Positions 11,351 through 22,355 of a stretch of 64,000 nucleotides of DNA are shown here, one piece after another; the first letter of the stretch is position 1; every line of letters starts with the position of its first letter. A program made the position numbers and the translations under genes. The notes below the pieces were generated by a model that did not search any database, was not told the origin of the DNA, and saw nothing but the letters and a program-made list of their open reading frames with translations. This stretch comes from Octopus sinensis (taxonomy: Eukaryota): NCBI RefSeq assembly GCF_006345805.1, contig NC_043010.1, positions 6,262,001 to 6,326,000 on the forward strand, in the 5' to 3' direction.

Positions 11351-11726
11351 CATTTGACTGTGGCCATGCTGGAGCACAACTTTTAGTCGAGCAAATCGAC
11401 CCCAGGACTTATTCTTTGTAACTGCTAAGTTACAGGCACGTAAACACAGCAGCATCAGTTGTCAAGCGATGTTGGGGGGACAAACACAGACACACAAACA
11501 TATGCACGTGCACACACACACACACATACACACGCACACACACACACACACACACACATACACACACACACACATATATATAACAGGCTTCTTTCAGTTT
11601 CTGTCTATGAAATCCATTCACAAGGCTTTGGTCAGCCCGAAGCTATAGTAGACATTTGCCCCAGGTGCCATGCAGTGGGACTGTGGTTGGTAAGCAAGCT
11701 ACCTACCACACAGCCACACATGCACC
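11351..11726 (-). mobile_element. SINE family A
   Basis: Same body, linker and head as 7241-7666, more diverged. Confidence 0.8.
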
Positions 11727-11976
11727 AATATCTTTACAGCTGTTTCAGATATGCACATAGGTGCATTCATGGTTCAGTTTCCTCAGTCAGTTGACTGATT
11801 GGTTGAAAATATAGGGAACCACACTTCCAGTGGCACCCTCTTCAGGTGCAGATGTGACTGTGTAGTAAAAAAGTTTGTCTCCTAATCATATGGTTCCAGG
11901 TTCAGTCTCACTACATGCCACTTTGGGTAAGTTGTGAGTGGATTTGGTAGATGGAAACTGAAAGAAGCCCCTTATC

Positions 11977-12008
<32 letters not shown>

Positions 12009-12034
12009 ACACATATATATATATGAATATATAT

Positions 12035-12150
12035 ATGCATATTTTATATTAGTTTGATGCTCAGGAAGGATGGAAGTCTTTGATATTTTGAGCCTATGCT
12101 CTTCGACAGAAAGGGATGAGAGGAGAAAGAAAATGGAGAGAGAGAGAGAG
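12035..12150 (-). mobile_element. Penelope-like pseudo-LTR fragment with decayed hammerhead motif, lying inside the microsatellite linker of a SINE A
   Basis: Related to 39096-39300 (GCTCAGGAAG..GCTCTTC); minus strand CTTT-CTGTCGA-A-GAGC-ATAG-GCTC-AAAA-TATC-AAAG at 12078-12113. Confidence 0.5.
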
Positions 12151-12544
12151 AGAAACAACCTTTGACAGCTGGTGTTGATTTGCTTGCCCCATAGCTTAGT
12201 GGTTTGGCAAAAGAGACTGATATAATAAATAGTAAGCATTACAACAATAAATGGGATTGATTTGTTTGACTAAAATTCTTAAAAGCAGTCACCAGCATGG
12301 CCACAGTCTAATGATTGTAACAGTAAAAGATAAAAGCTAAACGCTATGTGTGTGTTTATGTGTGTGAGTGTGTCTCCACCCCCCTCACTTAACAACCAAC
12401 ATTGGTTTGTTTACATCCCCATAACTTAGCAGTTCAGCAAAAGAGATTGATAGAATAAGTGCCAGATTTAAAAAAAAAAAAGTACCGAGGTCAATTTGTT
12501 TGACTAAACATTCAATGCCCTATTTGTAATGCTATTGGTCCTCA

Positions 12545-12870
12545 TTTATCTTCTAAATTGGATTCACTCTCTCATCATTGTTAGGTGGCTTCCTTGTCTC
12601 TTTTCTCTAAGTATTTTCATGGATATTGTTCAGCTGAGCTCTCTTCTCTGGTTCCTCCTTTAAGAACTCATCAGCAATCAACTAGACATGCATCCAGTTC
12701 TCATCAGTATACTGTGAAACCTCCCAAGTGTCAGAAAGCACTTCACAGTACCAGTTTCTTCCCTCACAACTCTGAACTTTAGAATTCTCCTCCAAAGTCT
12801 TGTTTTCCTCTTCAATATGACCTCCGGTCTTTTAAGTCTAATGTACATCGTCACCTATTGGCTTCTGTCT
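12545..12870 (+). mobile_element. Non-LTR retrotransposon RT C-terminal fragment (Jockey/CR1 group)
   Basis: LDSLSH..VASLSLFSKYFHGYCSAELSSLVPP..STR..H.YTV..STSFFP..SEL..P..YDLRSFKSNV is typical of the post-RT region. Confidence 0.6.
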
Positions 12871-13101
12871 AGTGTTCTTTTTATTCTAGTAGCTCTTACG
12901 TTTTCAGTGGTCTAAGGACCTTGTAATGAGTGAATGCTTTACCAAAAAAAAAAAAAAAAAAAGAAAAACGAAAACCCCAGAAAACTCTTCAAGATGTGTC
13001 TCAGTATGACCACAATCCAATGACAGAATCAAGTTTAAAATAATACAAAAAATGCATCCATCTAAACCATGCAAGCAGAAAGAAAAAAGCTTGTTAAAAA
13101 G

Positions 13102-13139
<38 letters not shown>

Positions 13140-13381
13140 TTAATAATGTTAAAAATGTATGCATGCTAATATCTTTTGCTGATGCTTATCATGAAAGGAT
13201 ATACACATGAGAGAGAAAAACCAATTAACTGGTGCTTTTCAATAAAAAAAAAATCTCTTCTGTGATGTTTGTTTCTTTGTCACTCTGGCCATTGTAAATA
13301 GTGTGAATCAGTGATGAGCTTACTTTTTGATTTGTTCTGGCCATACTGGAGTACTGCTAGGAAGGGATTTGGTCAAATATA

Positions 13382-13602
13382 TATTTCTTTACTACTCACA
13401 AGGGGCTAAACACACTGGGGACAAACAAGGACAGACAAACGGATCGAGTCGATTATATCGACCCCAGTGCATAACTGGTACTTATTTTATCGACCCCAAA
13501 GGATGAAAGGCAAAGTTGACCTTGGCGGAATTTGAACTCAGAATGTAATGGTAGACGAAATACGGCTACACATTTCATCCAGCGTGCTAACGTTTCAGCC
13601 AG
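13382..13602 (-). mobile_element. SINE family B
   Basis: Reverse complement of 2979-3211. Confidence 0.85.
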
Positions 13603-13648
13603 TACATATTTCTTAGTTTGGTACTTTTATTAATGTGTATTTGTCAAT

Positions 13649-13967
13649 GGTGAAGCGCATGGTTCAGTGGTTAGGGTGCTGGGCTCACAATTATGAGGTA
13701 GTGAGTTTGATTCCTGGACCAGGTTATGTGTTGTGTTCTTGAGCAGGACATTTTATTTCATGTTGCTCCAGTTTACTCAACTGCAGAAATGATTTGCAAC
13801 ATCACAGGTGCCAAGTCATATCAACCTTTGCCCTTTCCCTTGGACAACATCAGGCTGGTATGCATGGGTGACTGTTGGCCTTCCATAAACAACTTTGCCC
13901 AGACTTGTGCCTTGGAGGGAAACTTTCTAGGTGAAATCCCATGGTCATTCATGATTGAAGGGGATCT
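13649..13967 (+). mobile_element. SINE family E (tRNA head + CORE-like domain; OR1-like)
   Basis: A box TGGTTCAGTGG, B box GAGTTTGATTCC, CORE-like GTTCTTGAGCAGGACATTTTATTTCATGTTGCTCCAGTTTACTCAACTG; second copy 44269-44597. Confidence 0.75.
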
Positions 13968-13992
13968 TTATCCATTACCCATTATTTGTCAA

Positions 13993-14374
13993 TGGCTGTG
14001 TGGTAAGAAGCTTGCTTCCCAACCATATGGTTCCAGATTCAGTCCCACAGTGTGGCACCTTGGACAAGTGTCTTCTACTGTAGCCTTAGATTGACCAAAG
14101 TCTTGTGAGTTTATTTCGCTGAGGAAAACTGAAAGAAGCCTGTCATGTGTTTGTGTCTGTGTTTGTTCCCCCACCACCGCTTGATGTGTGTTGATGTTTA
14201 CATCCCCTGTAACTTAGCAAGAGTTTGGCAAAAGAGACCAATAGAATAAGTACCAGGCTTTAAAAAGGGGAAAAAGAATAAGTACTGGGGTTGATTCACT
14301 GAAATAAAAATTCTTCAAGTTGATGCTCCAGCATGGCTACAGTCTAATGACTGAAACAAATAAAAGATAAAAGA
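13993..14374 (+). mobile_element. SINE family A
   Basis: TGGCTGTGTGGTAAG head through AAAAGAT tail. Confidence 0.8.
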
Positions 14375-14438
14375 TAGACCCAAATGCAGTTGTTTTTTTC
14401 AGTCTCAATATAAAGACTGCACAGGTTTCTGTTTTTAA

Positions 14439-15038
14439 AGGCGGGTAGCTGGCAGAATTGTTAGCACACCGGGCAAAATGCTTTGTGGTATTTCATCTGC
14501 CACTGCATTCTGAGTTCAAATTCTGCCGAGGTTGACTTTGTCTTTCATTCTTTCGGGGTCGATAAATGAAGCATCGGTTATGCACTGGGATCGATGTAAT
14601 CGACTTAATCTGTTTGTCTGTCCTTGTTTGTCCCCTCTGTGTTTAGCCCTTGTGGGTAGTAAAGAAATAGGTATTTCGTCTGCTGTTACGTTCTGAGTTC
14701 AAATTCCGCTGAGGTTGACTTTGCCTTTCATCCTTTCGGGGTCGATAAATTAAGTACCAGTTATGCACTGGGGTTGATATAGTTGACTAAATCCGTTCGT
14801 CTGTCCTTGTTTGTCCCCTCTGTGTTTAGCCCCTTGTGGATAGTAAAGAAATAGGTATTTCGTCTGCCGTTACGTTCTTAGTTCAATTTCCGCTGAGGTT
14901 GACTTTGCCTCTCATCCTTTCAGGGGTTGATAAATGAAACACCGGTTATGCACTGGGGTCGATGTAATCAACTTAATCCGTTTGTCTGTCCTTGTTTGTC
15001 CCCTCTGTGTGTAGCCCCTTGTGGGTAGTAAAGAAATA
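14439..15038 (+). mobile_element. SINE family B head-to-tail trimer
   Basis: One 5' head, then units starting GGTATTTC at 14487, 14670, 14854 (183/184-bp period), each ending AAAGAAATA. Confidence 0.9.
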
Positions 15039-15469
15039 AGATATAGAGAATAGCACATACAAACAGATGCTTATACACACACACACACACGTGCATGTGT
15101 GTGTGAAAGTGCTCTGCACAGTTTCCATCTATGAATTTCAGTCATGAGGTGTAAGTTGGTTTAAGGTATTAGCACAAAATGCTACATGGTGGAACAACAG
15201 CCACGACCATGTGGTGGTTGTTGGGGGTGAACTTCTTAACTACAACTTTACAGCCAAGTGTTTGCTTTTAAATGCTTGTTGGAAACCTGTAATGAAGGAT
15301 GCTATTGTTCACAAATGTGATATAACATAAGTAAAAAATAAAAAGGAGATAGATAAATAAATAAATAAATATATAGATAATATAAATAAACTGACTTTTC
15401 CTGTAACAGTAAATAAGAGAATCACGCATCAAACATCAAATATATACACCGATACCTAACAATGAAAAC

Positions 15470-15486
15470 TAATAATAATGATGATG

Positions 15487-15562
<76 letters not shown>

Positions 15563-15588
15563 TGATAATAATAATGATAATAATAATG

Positions 15589-15622
<34 letters not shown>

Positions 15623-15697
15623 TAATAATAATAATAATAATAATTTATAATAATAATAATAATAATAATAATTTATAATAATAATAATAATAATAAC

Positions 15698-15728
<31 letters not shown>

Positions 15729-15761
15729 TCAACAACATCAACAACAACAACCATAATAATG

Positions 15762-15814
<53 letters not shown>

Positions 15815-15815
15815 T
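15470..15815. repeat. (AAT)n microsatellite
   Basis: Direct reading; poly-N/poly-I/poly-L ORFs. Confidence 0.97.
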
Positions 15816-15899
15816 ATGAAATGAATAAATAAATAGAAGAATCAGAGTAAAAAAAATCAACAATTCGTATCCGAGAACCTGGTGAATCGTTGCATTCAA

Positions 15900-17654
15900 T
15901 TTATTAAAACAAATTATCTGTACAAAATCTTTACATATTCTCTCCTAAACAGTTCTCATGTAAATCATATATCTCAGAGGGGTGCTTCAGCAAATTTATT
16001 GATATACAATTAAAGGCAATTCTCTGCTTAATCAGCATTCTGCTAGTGTAGTATTTCCATAAAAGTACATAGAGTTGTTCAACTGCTTTTTGTTATTGTT
16101 TTTTTTTTTATTTTAGTAATATTATTACTTTTTCTTTTTTTTATTTTCTCCTTTTAGGAAAGTTCTTTAGTTATATTCCTGATGTTATAAAAGATTTCAG
16201 AGAATGATTTTACTGAAAGCTACTGAATTACAGAATGCGAGAAAATTACAAAAATTTTTTCTGTTTTTTTTTTTGTAATATATTTATTCATTGCTTCTAT
16301 CTTTCAAACAGCATTGTGTATTATTTCCAAAACTGTGGTAAATCACACTTTTGGAAATGTCAATATTTTGTCAATACATCGTATCTCTTAGTTTTCTGCT
16401 TGTGGTTTCATTTGGAACAAAATGCATTTTTTTTCTCCTTTTTTGAAAACAATATCATATATGATGACGGTTGATCTTTGACTCACAGGTAAAGCATTTT
16501 GGTATAAAACAGAAGAATGAAATTCAACTCTAGTACATAGCAGAAGTTAAGATATTATTAATTCATTTGATGGTAAATGTTTGAAAGGAAGGAAAAAAAT
16601 GTATGCATTGCATGTAATTCCAGCATTAGTCATTAAATTTTCCAGTCTGAGATTGGCATTCCCAATGGCATTTTATACTGTACAAGTAACAGTCCTTAAA
16701 AAAAAAAACAGAAAAAAAACCATGGAAATAAATAAATATATAAACAGGATTAGGGAAATAAACCTCTGCTGACCTTAAACTCACAAATCAATTTGATAAA
16801 ATGCCAAATAATTAGAGTCATCTGTACAAATCGTGTATTTCACAATTTAGGAAAAAAAAAAAAGGAAGAAAAAAAAAACTGCTTGTCACTGTGTAAATGG
16901 ATGTCACTTTTTAACCCTGTGAATGAATGATGAATTATTTGTTAACCTGACCAAAGAATATTGAGGTATCTTCCAGAATCGAATCAAATATCTTAATTTT
17001 CTGATTTTATGTGGCAGAAAAGAACTGACAATGTAATATGGCAACAGACCATATTTTTGGTTGTCTCCTAAAGATGATTTCATTGTTGAATGGTTTATCA
17101 GTCAGATCCGATTCATGAACATCCATCCACAAAATAATGCATGCTATCCATCCATATTTCCTGCTCATCTGTCTTTTTTAAAAAATTTTTTTCTTAATGT
17201 GTTGGCATAAAATTTATAACCTTCCAAAACTTAGCTTTTTGTTAATTTATATTGTTGTTCAAAGCCTTTTTTTTTTTATATTGGTAAATATACTTCAGGA
17301 AATTTTGTTTGAATACTGCATTATTATCATAATAGATTTGGTAATTTGTGTGACAGTTTTGTAATAAAGTAACAAAAGCGAATGAAATGATGCAATCATA
17401 AACAAGTACAATAATGTAAAGGACTTAGGATAATGTAACGTGGATTACAGATTCTCTGAAACAGTATTTTTTAGAGTCAATGATTATTTACACAAGGAAG
17501 TCCACTGATGTAAGAGATATTTTTTCTTTACTCAGATAAGGTGCAATTAGTCTTTATCAGAATATGAAACGATGGAATATGAAATGTTATTTTGATGGAA
17601 AAATGTTGTAGAAAAAAATGTTAGTCAATATTTAGTTTGTAAGTTTGTATTATT
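15900..17654 (-). other. Putative 3' UTR of the minus-strand gene
   Basis: About 1.75 kb free of recognisable SINEs in an otherwise saturated window, directly downstream of the stop at 17655; AATAAA on the minus strand at 15900-15905 and 15995-16000. Confidence 0.35.
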
Positions 17655-17935
17655 TTATGTATGTGTTACCTTTGGTACTGCAGGTAAAGGTTTAGAGTAA
17701 GTTGTAAAGCTGTTTCCTGTAGGTAAATTCCATGACTGTGTTGTAATATGTGGAACTTCACTGCCTACTCTAAAAGATTTGAGATCGATAACATCTGTGC
17801 AGGGAGTCTTTGGAACAACATTAGAATGGCAGGAAGAACTGGTAGTAATGACTGCATTTGATGGTCGACTAAGCTTTCTTGATAATATCTTCTTCTCCAG
17901 GCTTTGAGATTTTGCTAATTCACGAGGGCAAAATC
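17655..17935 (-). CDS. Candidate terminal coding exon of an unidentified host gene
   Basis: Acceptor TTTATCTCTTTTTATCTTTTTAAAG at 17936-17937; phase-1 frame open for 92 codons: FCPRELAKSQSLEKKILSRKLSRPSNAVITTSSSCHSNVVPKTPCTDVIDLKSFRVGSEVPHITTQSWNLPTGNSFTTYSKPLPAVPKVTHT*. Not in the ORF track because it lacks a start codon. Possible internal donor AAG|GTAACA near 17670. Confidence 0.5.
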
Positions 17936-18072
17936 CTTTAAAAAGATAAAAAGAGATAAATGGTAATTAATAAAACAGCAAACATTTTAAGGTTGGTTTG
18001 AAAACAAATAACGGAATTGTAGTTTTATTAGTGTGCATATATAGGTAATAGAAAACAGTTTTGCTGTCATAG

Positions 18073-18472
18073 GCGCAGGAGTGGCTGTGTGGTAAGTAGC
18101 TTGCTAACCAACCACATGGTTCCGGGTTCAGTCCCACTGCGTTGCATCTTGGGAAAGTGTCTTCTGCTATAGCCCCGGGCCGACCAATGCCTTGTGAGTG
18201 GACTTGGTAGACGGAAACTTAAAGAAGCCTGTCGTATATATGTATAAATATATGTGTGTGTGTGTGTGTGTTTGTGTGCCTGTGTTTGTTCCCCTAGCAT
18301 TGCTTGACAACTGATGCTGGTGTGTTTACATCCCCGTCACTTAGCGGTTCGGCAAAAGAGCGACCGATAGAATAAGTACTGGGCTTACAAAGAATAAGTC
18401 GACAAAAGGCGGTGCTCCAGCATGGCTGCAGTCAGATGACTGAAACAAGTAAAAGAGTAAAAGAGTAAAGAG
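18073..18472 (+). mobile_element. SINE family A, full length, well preserved
   Basis: GCGCAGGAGTGGCTGTGTGG (A box), GGTTCAGTCCC (B box), TA/TG linker, (TAAAAGAG)n tail. Confidence 0.92.
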
Positions 18473-18750
18473 CTTTCTTAAGTACTTCATTGCTGACATA
18501 ACCAGACTCTCTGATAGTTACATGCACATAAAATGTATCTATTCCTGGCAGGTCGTTCATCACATTGACACTGAAGTCTGTATCAGATTTTATTTTTAAT
18601 TCAAGACCACACAGTTATAAAATGGTTACCATGTTGATTTGCTCATATCAAATTATTTGTTTGTTGTTGTTGTTGTTTGACCCCAGGTCAGCCCATATCA
18701 AATAAACCTATACCCAGAGTCATACTATTTCAATGTGAGACAGTGTATCG

Positions 18751-18975
18751 TATTTCTTTATTGCCCACAAGGGGCTAAACACAGAGGGGACAAACAAGGA
18801 CAGACAAAGGGATTAAGTCAATTACATCGACCCCAGTGTTTCACTGGTACTTAATTTATCGACCCCGAAAGGATGAAAGGCAAAGTCGACCTCGGCGGAA
18901 TTTGAACTCAGAACATAGCGACAGACGAAATACCACTGAGCATTTTGCCCGGCATGCTAACGTTTCTGCCAGCTC
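18751..18975 (-). mobile_element. SINE family B
   Basis: Reverse complement of 2979-3211. Confidence 0.85.
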
Positions 18976-19320
18976 AACACCTGTATCTTGGACAATGTTA
19001 TCCAATGTATCCTTCTATTTAAAAAAATAATTCAAGACAATAAACTGTAATAATTACAATGGTTGAACTGTGATAATGATATCTTTGCTATAGAGATTGT
19101 TATCCAAATGTTTATATCTTAAAAACACAGGATCCTCATATAAGAGATTATGAAGTGTTACTTTTGGTGCTACACTGTGTTGTATGGATAAGGTTGTTTG
19201 AGCGATACTTAAGCCCCAATACTGAAACTCTTCAGATAGCATGTAGAAAAATGTAATTATCTGGGAATATATATACATATGAAAGATAATAGTGATAATT
19301 CATCAGATAAAATGTTAATA

Positions 19321-20605
19321 CATGGTGGCCCAGAAGTCACGAAGGGGTTTCAATATTTAATAACCTTTTTAATAATTATTCAATTTTTATTTTATTTCTG
19401 ATTTATATAAAGAAGACCCTAAAATTTAAGCATGGAAAAATACGCTACCAAACAGCGAACACATTGTGAAATTTTATAACTAAAACCAAGGACTGGAACA
19501 ATGGATTGCCTGATTGAACCAATGGTCAGGCGATTAACTGGTCATTTTGAGGATCAAGGATCAAGGATCAGTAAGTGACCTTCAAAGAATAGGTGTGGGA
19601 TGATTTCAGAAAAAGTGATAGGACCTTATTTCTTTAAAAATGAGGATGGAGACACTGTTAGTGTTACTGGAAATGAATACTGCCCCATGATCTAGAATTT
19701 CCTATGTCCAGCAGTTCAAGATATGCCTGGTATGTGGTTTCAGCAGGATAGAGCCACATCAAAGAACATAATGGAAATGCTCAGCCAAATTTTTGATAGA
19801 AAATTACTTTCTCAATTGTCAGTGATAAATTGGCCATCTCATTTTCCAGATCTAACTGCTCCAGACTTTTTGCTATACTCTTTACTCTCTCTTTTACTTG
19901 TTTCAGTCATTTGACTGCGGCCATGCTGGAGCACCACCTTTAGTCGAGCAAATCGACCCCGGGACTTATTCTTTTTGTAAGCCCAGTACTTATTCTATCG
20001 GTCTCTTTTGCCGAACCGCTAAGTGACGGGGACGTAAACACACCAGCATCGGTTGTCAAGCAATGCTAGGGGGACAAACACAGACACACAAACACATATA
20101 CACACATATATATATATATACATATATACGACAGGCTTCTTTCAGTTTCCGTCTACCAAATCCACTCACAAGGCATTGGTCGGCCCGGGGCTATAGCAGA
20201 AGACACTTGCCCAAGATGCCACGCAGTGGGACTAAACCCGGAACCATGTGGTCGGTTAGCAAGCTACTTACCACATAGCCACTCCTGCACCTATGGGGCA
20301 ATCTTAAGGAAAAAGTTTATGTCAACAAGCCTCAAACAATAGCAGATCTTAAAAAGGACATTAGAACAGAAATCAGATCACCGGAGCCACAAATGTTAAG
20401 GGCTGTTATGGAAAACACCTTAAAAAGAGCACATTTATGCAAATTGGAAATTGGATGCCATTTAAAAGATGTCATCTTTCACACCCAAGGAAAATAAATC
20501 TTGCATCCTTTTTCTATAATCTCCCTACTAAAATATCAGAAATTTTAAACAAAATAAATGAGGTATCAAATATTGAAACCCCTTCATGACTTCTGGGTCA
20601 CCCTG
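19321..20605 (+). mobile_element. Tc1/mariner DNA transposon, DD41D (rosa/Visitor)-type, internally deleted, interrupted by a SINE
   Basis: 38-bp TIRs (CATGGTGGCCCAGAAGTCACGAAGGGGTTTCAATATTT and its inverse, 3 mismatches) with TA on both sides; remnants MEKYATKQR, FEDQGSVSD, IGPYFF, WFQQD, WPSHFPDLTAPDFLLWGNLKEKVY..HLKDVIF. D-D spacing is 38 with an apparent 3-residue loss versus family consensus, so DD41D is an inference. Confidence 0.88.
19877..20290 (-). mobile_element. SINE family A, full length, inserted in the DD41D transposase
   Basis: Flanked by CTAT on both sides (19873-19876, 20291-20294); removal restores PDFLLWGNLK. Confidence 0.92.
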
Positions 20606-20653
20606 TACAACTTAAAGCACAGACTAGGTATAATTCAAGTCTTTTAATTAAAA

Positions 20654-20701
<48 letters not shown>

Positions 20702-20746
20702 ACACATACACACACACACATACACACACACGCGCATGTGTATATA

Positions 20747-20794
<48 letters not shown>

Positions 20795-21002
20795 AAGAGA
20801 GAGAGAGAGAGATAAAGGGAGAAAGAGAGAGTATGTGAGAGAGAGAGTGAGAAAGAGAGAATGAGACAAAGGGTGATAGGGAGAGAGGTTTTGAATTTAG
20901 TTCATTTGTGCAACATCTTGGGCTATTTCTACGATAACTCTGAGCCAACAGTTGCCCTGTGAGTGAATTTGAATTTTGGTAGACAGAAACTGCATGTTTA
21001 TA

Positions 21003-21195
21003 TCATTATCATCATCGTTTAACATCCGCTTTCCATGATAGCATGGGTTGGACGAATTACTGAGGGCTGGGGAACCAGATGGCTGCCCCAGGCTTCAATC
21101 TTGATCTGGCAGAGTTTCTACAGCTGGATGCCCTTCCTGACGCCATCCACTCCGAGAGTGTAGTGGGTGCTTTTATGCGCCACTGGCATGGGGCC
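21003..21195 (-). mobile_element. RTE LINE 3' UTR end
   Basis: (CAT)n-CGTTTAACATCCGCTTTCCATG..GGATGCCCTTCC. Confidence 0.75.
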
Positions 21196-21296
21196 AGTCA
21201 GGCGGTACTGGGACTAAGCAACAACACCCCCTCCTCCTCCTCATCATCATCATCATCATCATCATCATCACCACCACCACTACCACTATCACCACC

Positions 21297-22082
21297 TGTA
21301 ATCAAGGAGATAGTGTCTATTGGCAAGTCTATGGGCTTCGAGGTTGATGATGGGGACATTAACGATCTCATCAGGAGAGCTGATGACCAATGAACTCCTG
21401 CAGGTCCAGGAGTAGCAGCATTTGGGTGCAGTGGAAGAGATTGGTCTCCAGAGGAGGACAGTGTAGCAGAGAAGGCCATCTCTATCAGTGACAGAAAAGC
21501 AGTTTGGCAAAGTGATAGTGTGTTTCTGAATTTATAGAAAAAGATCATCCTGAAAAAGCATCTGCAATTCGTGCAGCTTCTTTATCTAATGACACTGCTC
21601 TGGCACATTTTCGTAACATTTTGAAAGGCAGGAAAAAGCAGACTTCTCTTCATAGGTTTCTAATGAAACCACTTGCAAGTTTGACAAGTGAAGAAAGTGT
21701 GTTCAAAACTCCAGAAATTGTCTTTCCTGAAGTCTTGATGGAAGGTGATTCTCCTTTTAAACAATAATTCTCCTCTTCCCAACTCCATAATCTTCCTTAC
21801 ACACAAATTGCTCCATCTTTAAGGTAATTCAGTTAATAAAACTAGTTTGCGTATTTCTTTTGCATTCTCTTTTATTATGTATTTATAATTGCTATTTTCT
21901 TTGTAACTACACCTTTTCCATTTTAAAACACATAAAAATTATTCTTGGGTGGTTTTGTAATGCTGGAATGAATTAATTATATTTTAATTAATCCCAATGG
22001 GGAAAATTGATTTGTAAACTGAGTAAATCATAAAACGAACTTGGTCATGGAATGAATTTAACTCATACTGCGATATATCATC

Positions 22083-22083
<1 letters not shown>
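21297..22083 (+). mobile_element. Tigger/pogo DNA transposon, 3' part of transposase + right terminus
   Basis: VIKEIVSIGKSMGFEVDDGDINDLI..SEFIEKDHPEKASA..LAHFRNILKGRKKQTSLHRFL..PEVLMEGDSP..*; terminal region AATGGGGAAAATTGATTTG..GGTCATGGAATGAATTTAACTC ending before TA. Confidence 0.75.
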
Positions 22084-22136
<53 letters not shown>

Positions 22137-22172
22137 GTATGTCTGTATAATTGCAGCATGGAAGATGTTTAT

Positions 22173-22355
22173 AAGCCATTTAAGAACACACAAAAACCCC
22201 ATTAGATTCACTTCAACATTTAAATTTAATTTGTGTCAAAAATATTTTTATCACTTTGAAACCATGACCTGTCCACTGACAAAACTTCGTGATGCAATAT
22301 GATGTTTAAATGTTGAAGTGAATCTAATGGTTTTTTGTGTGATCTTAAATGGCTT
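22173..22355. repeat. Foldback inverted repeat (~52-bp arms, 80-nt loop) next to (TA)n
   Basis: AAGCCATTTAAGA..CATTAGATTCACTTCAACATTTAAA (22173-22224) vs TTTAAATGTTGAAGTGAATCTAATGG..CTTAAATGGCTT (22305-22355). Confidence 0.88.

Noticed and set aside
18073-18150. tRNA genes at SINE heads (also 34530-34605, 44269-44340, 2979-3065)
   Set aside because: A and B boxes are present but there is no complete cloverleaf and each continues into a SINE body.
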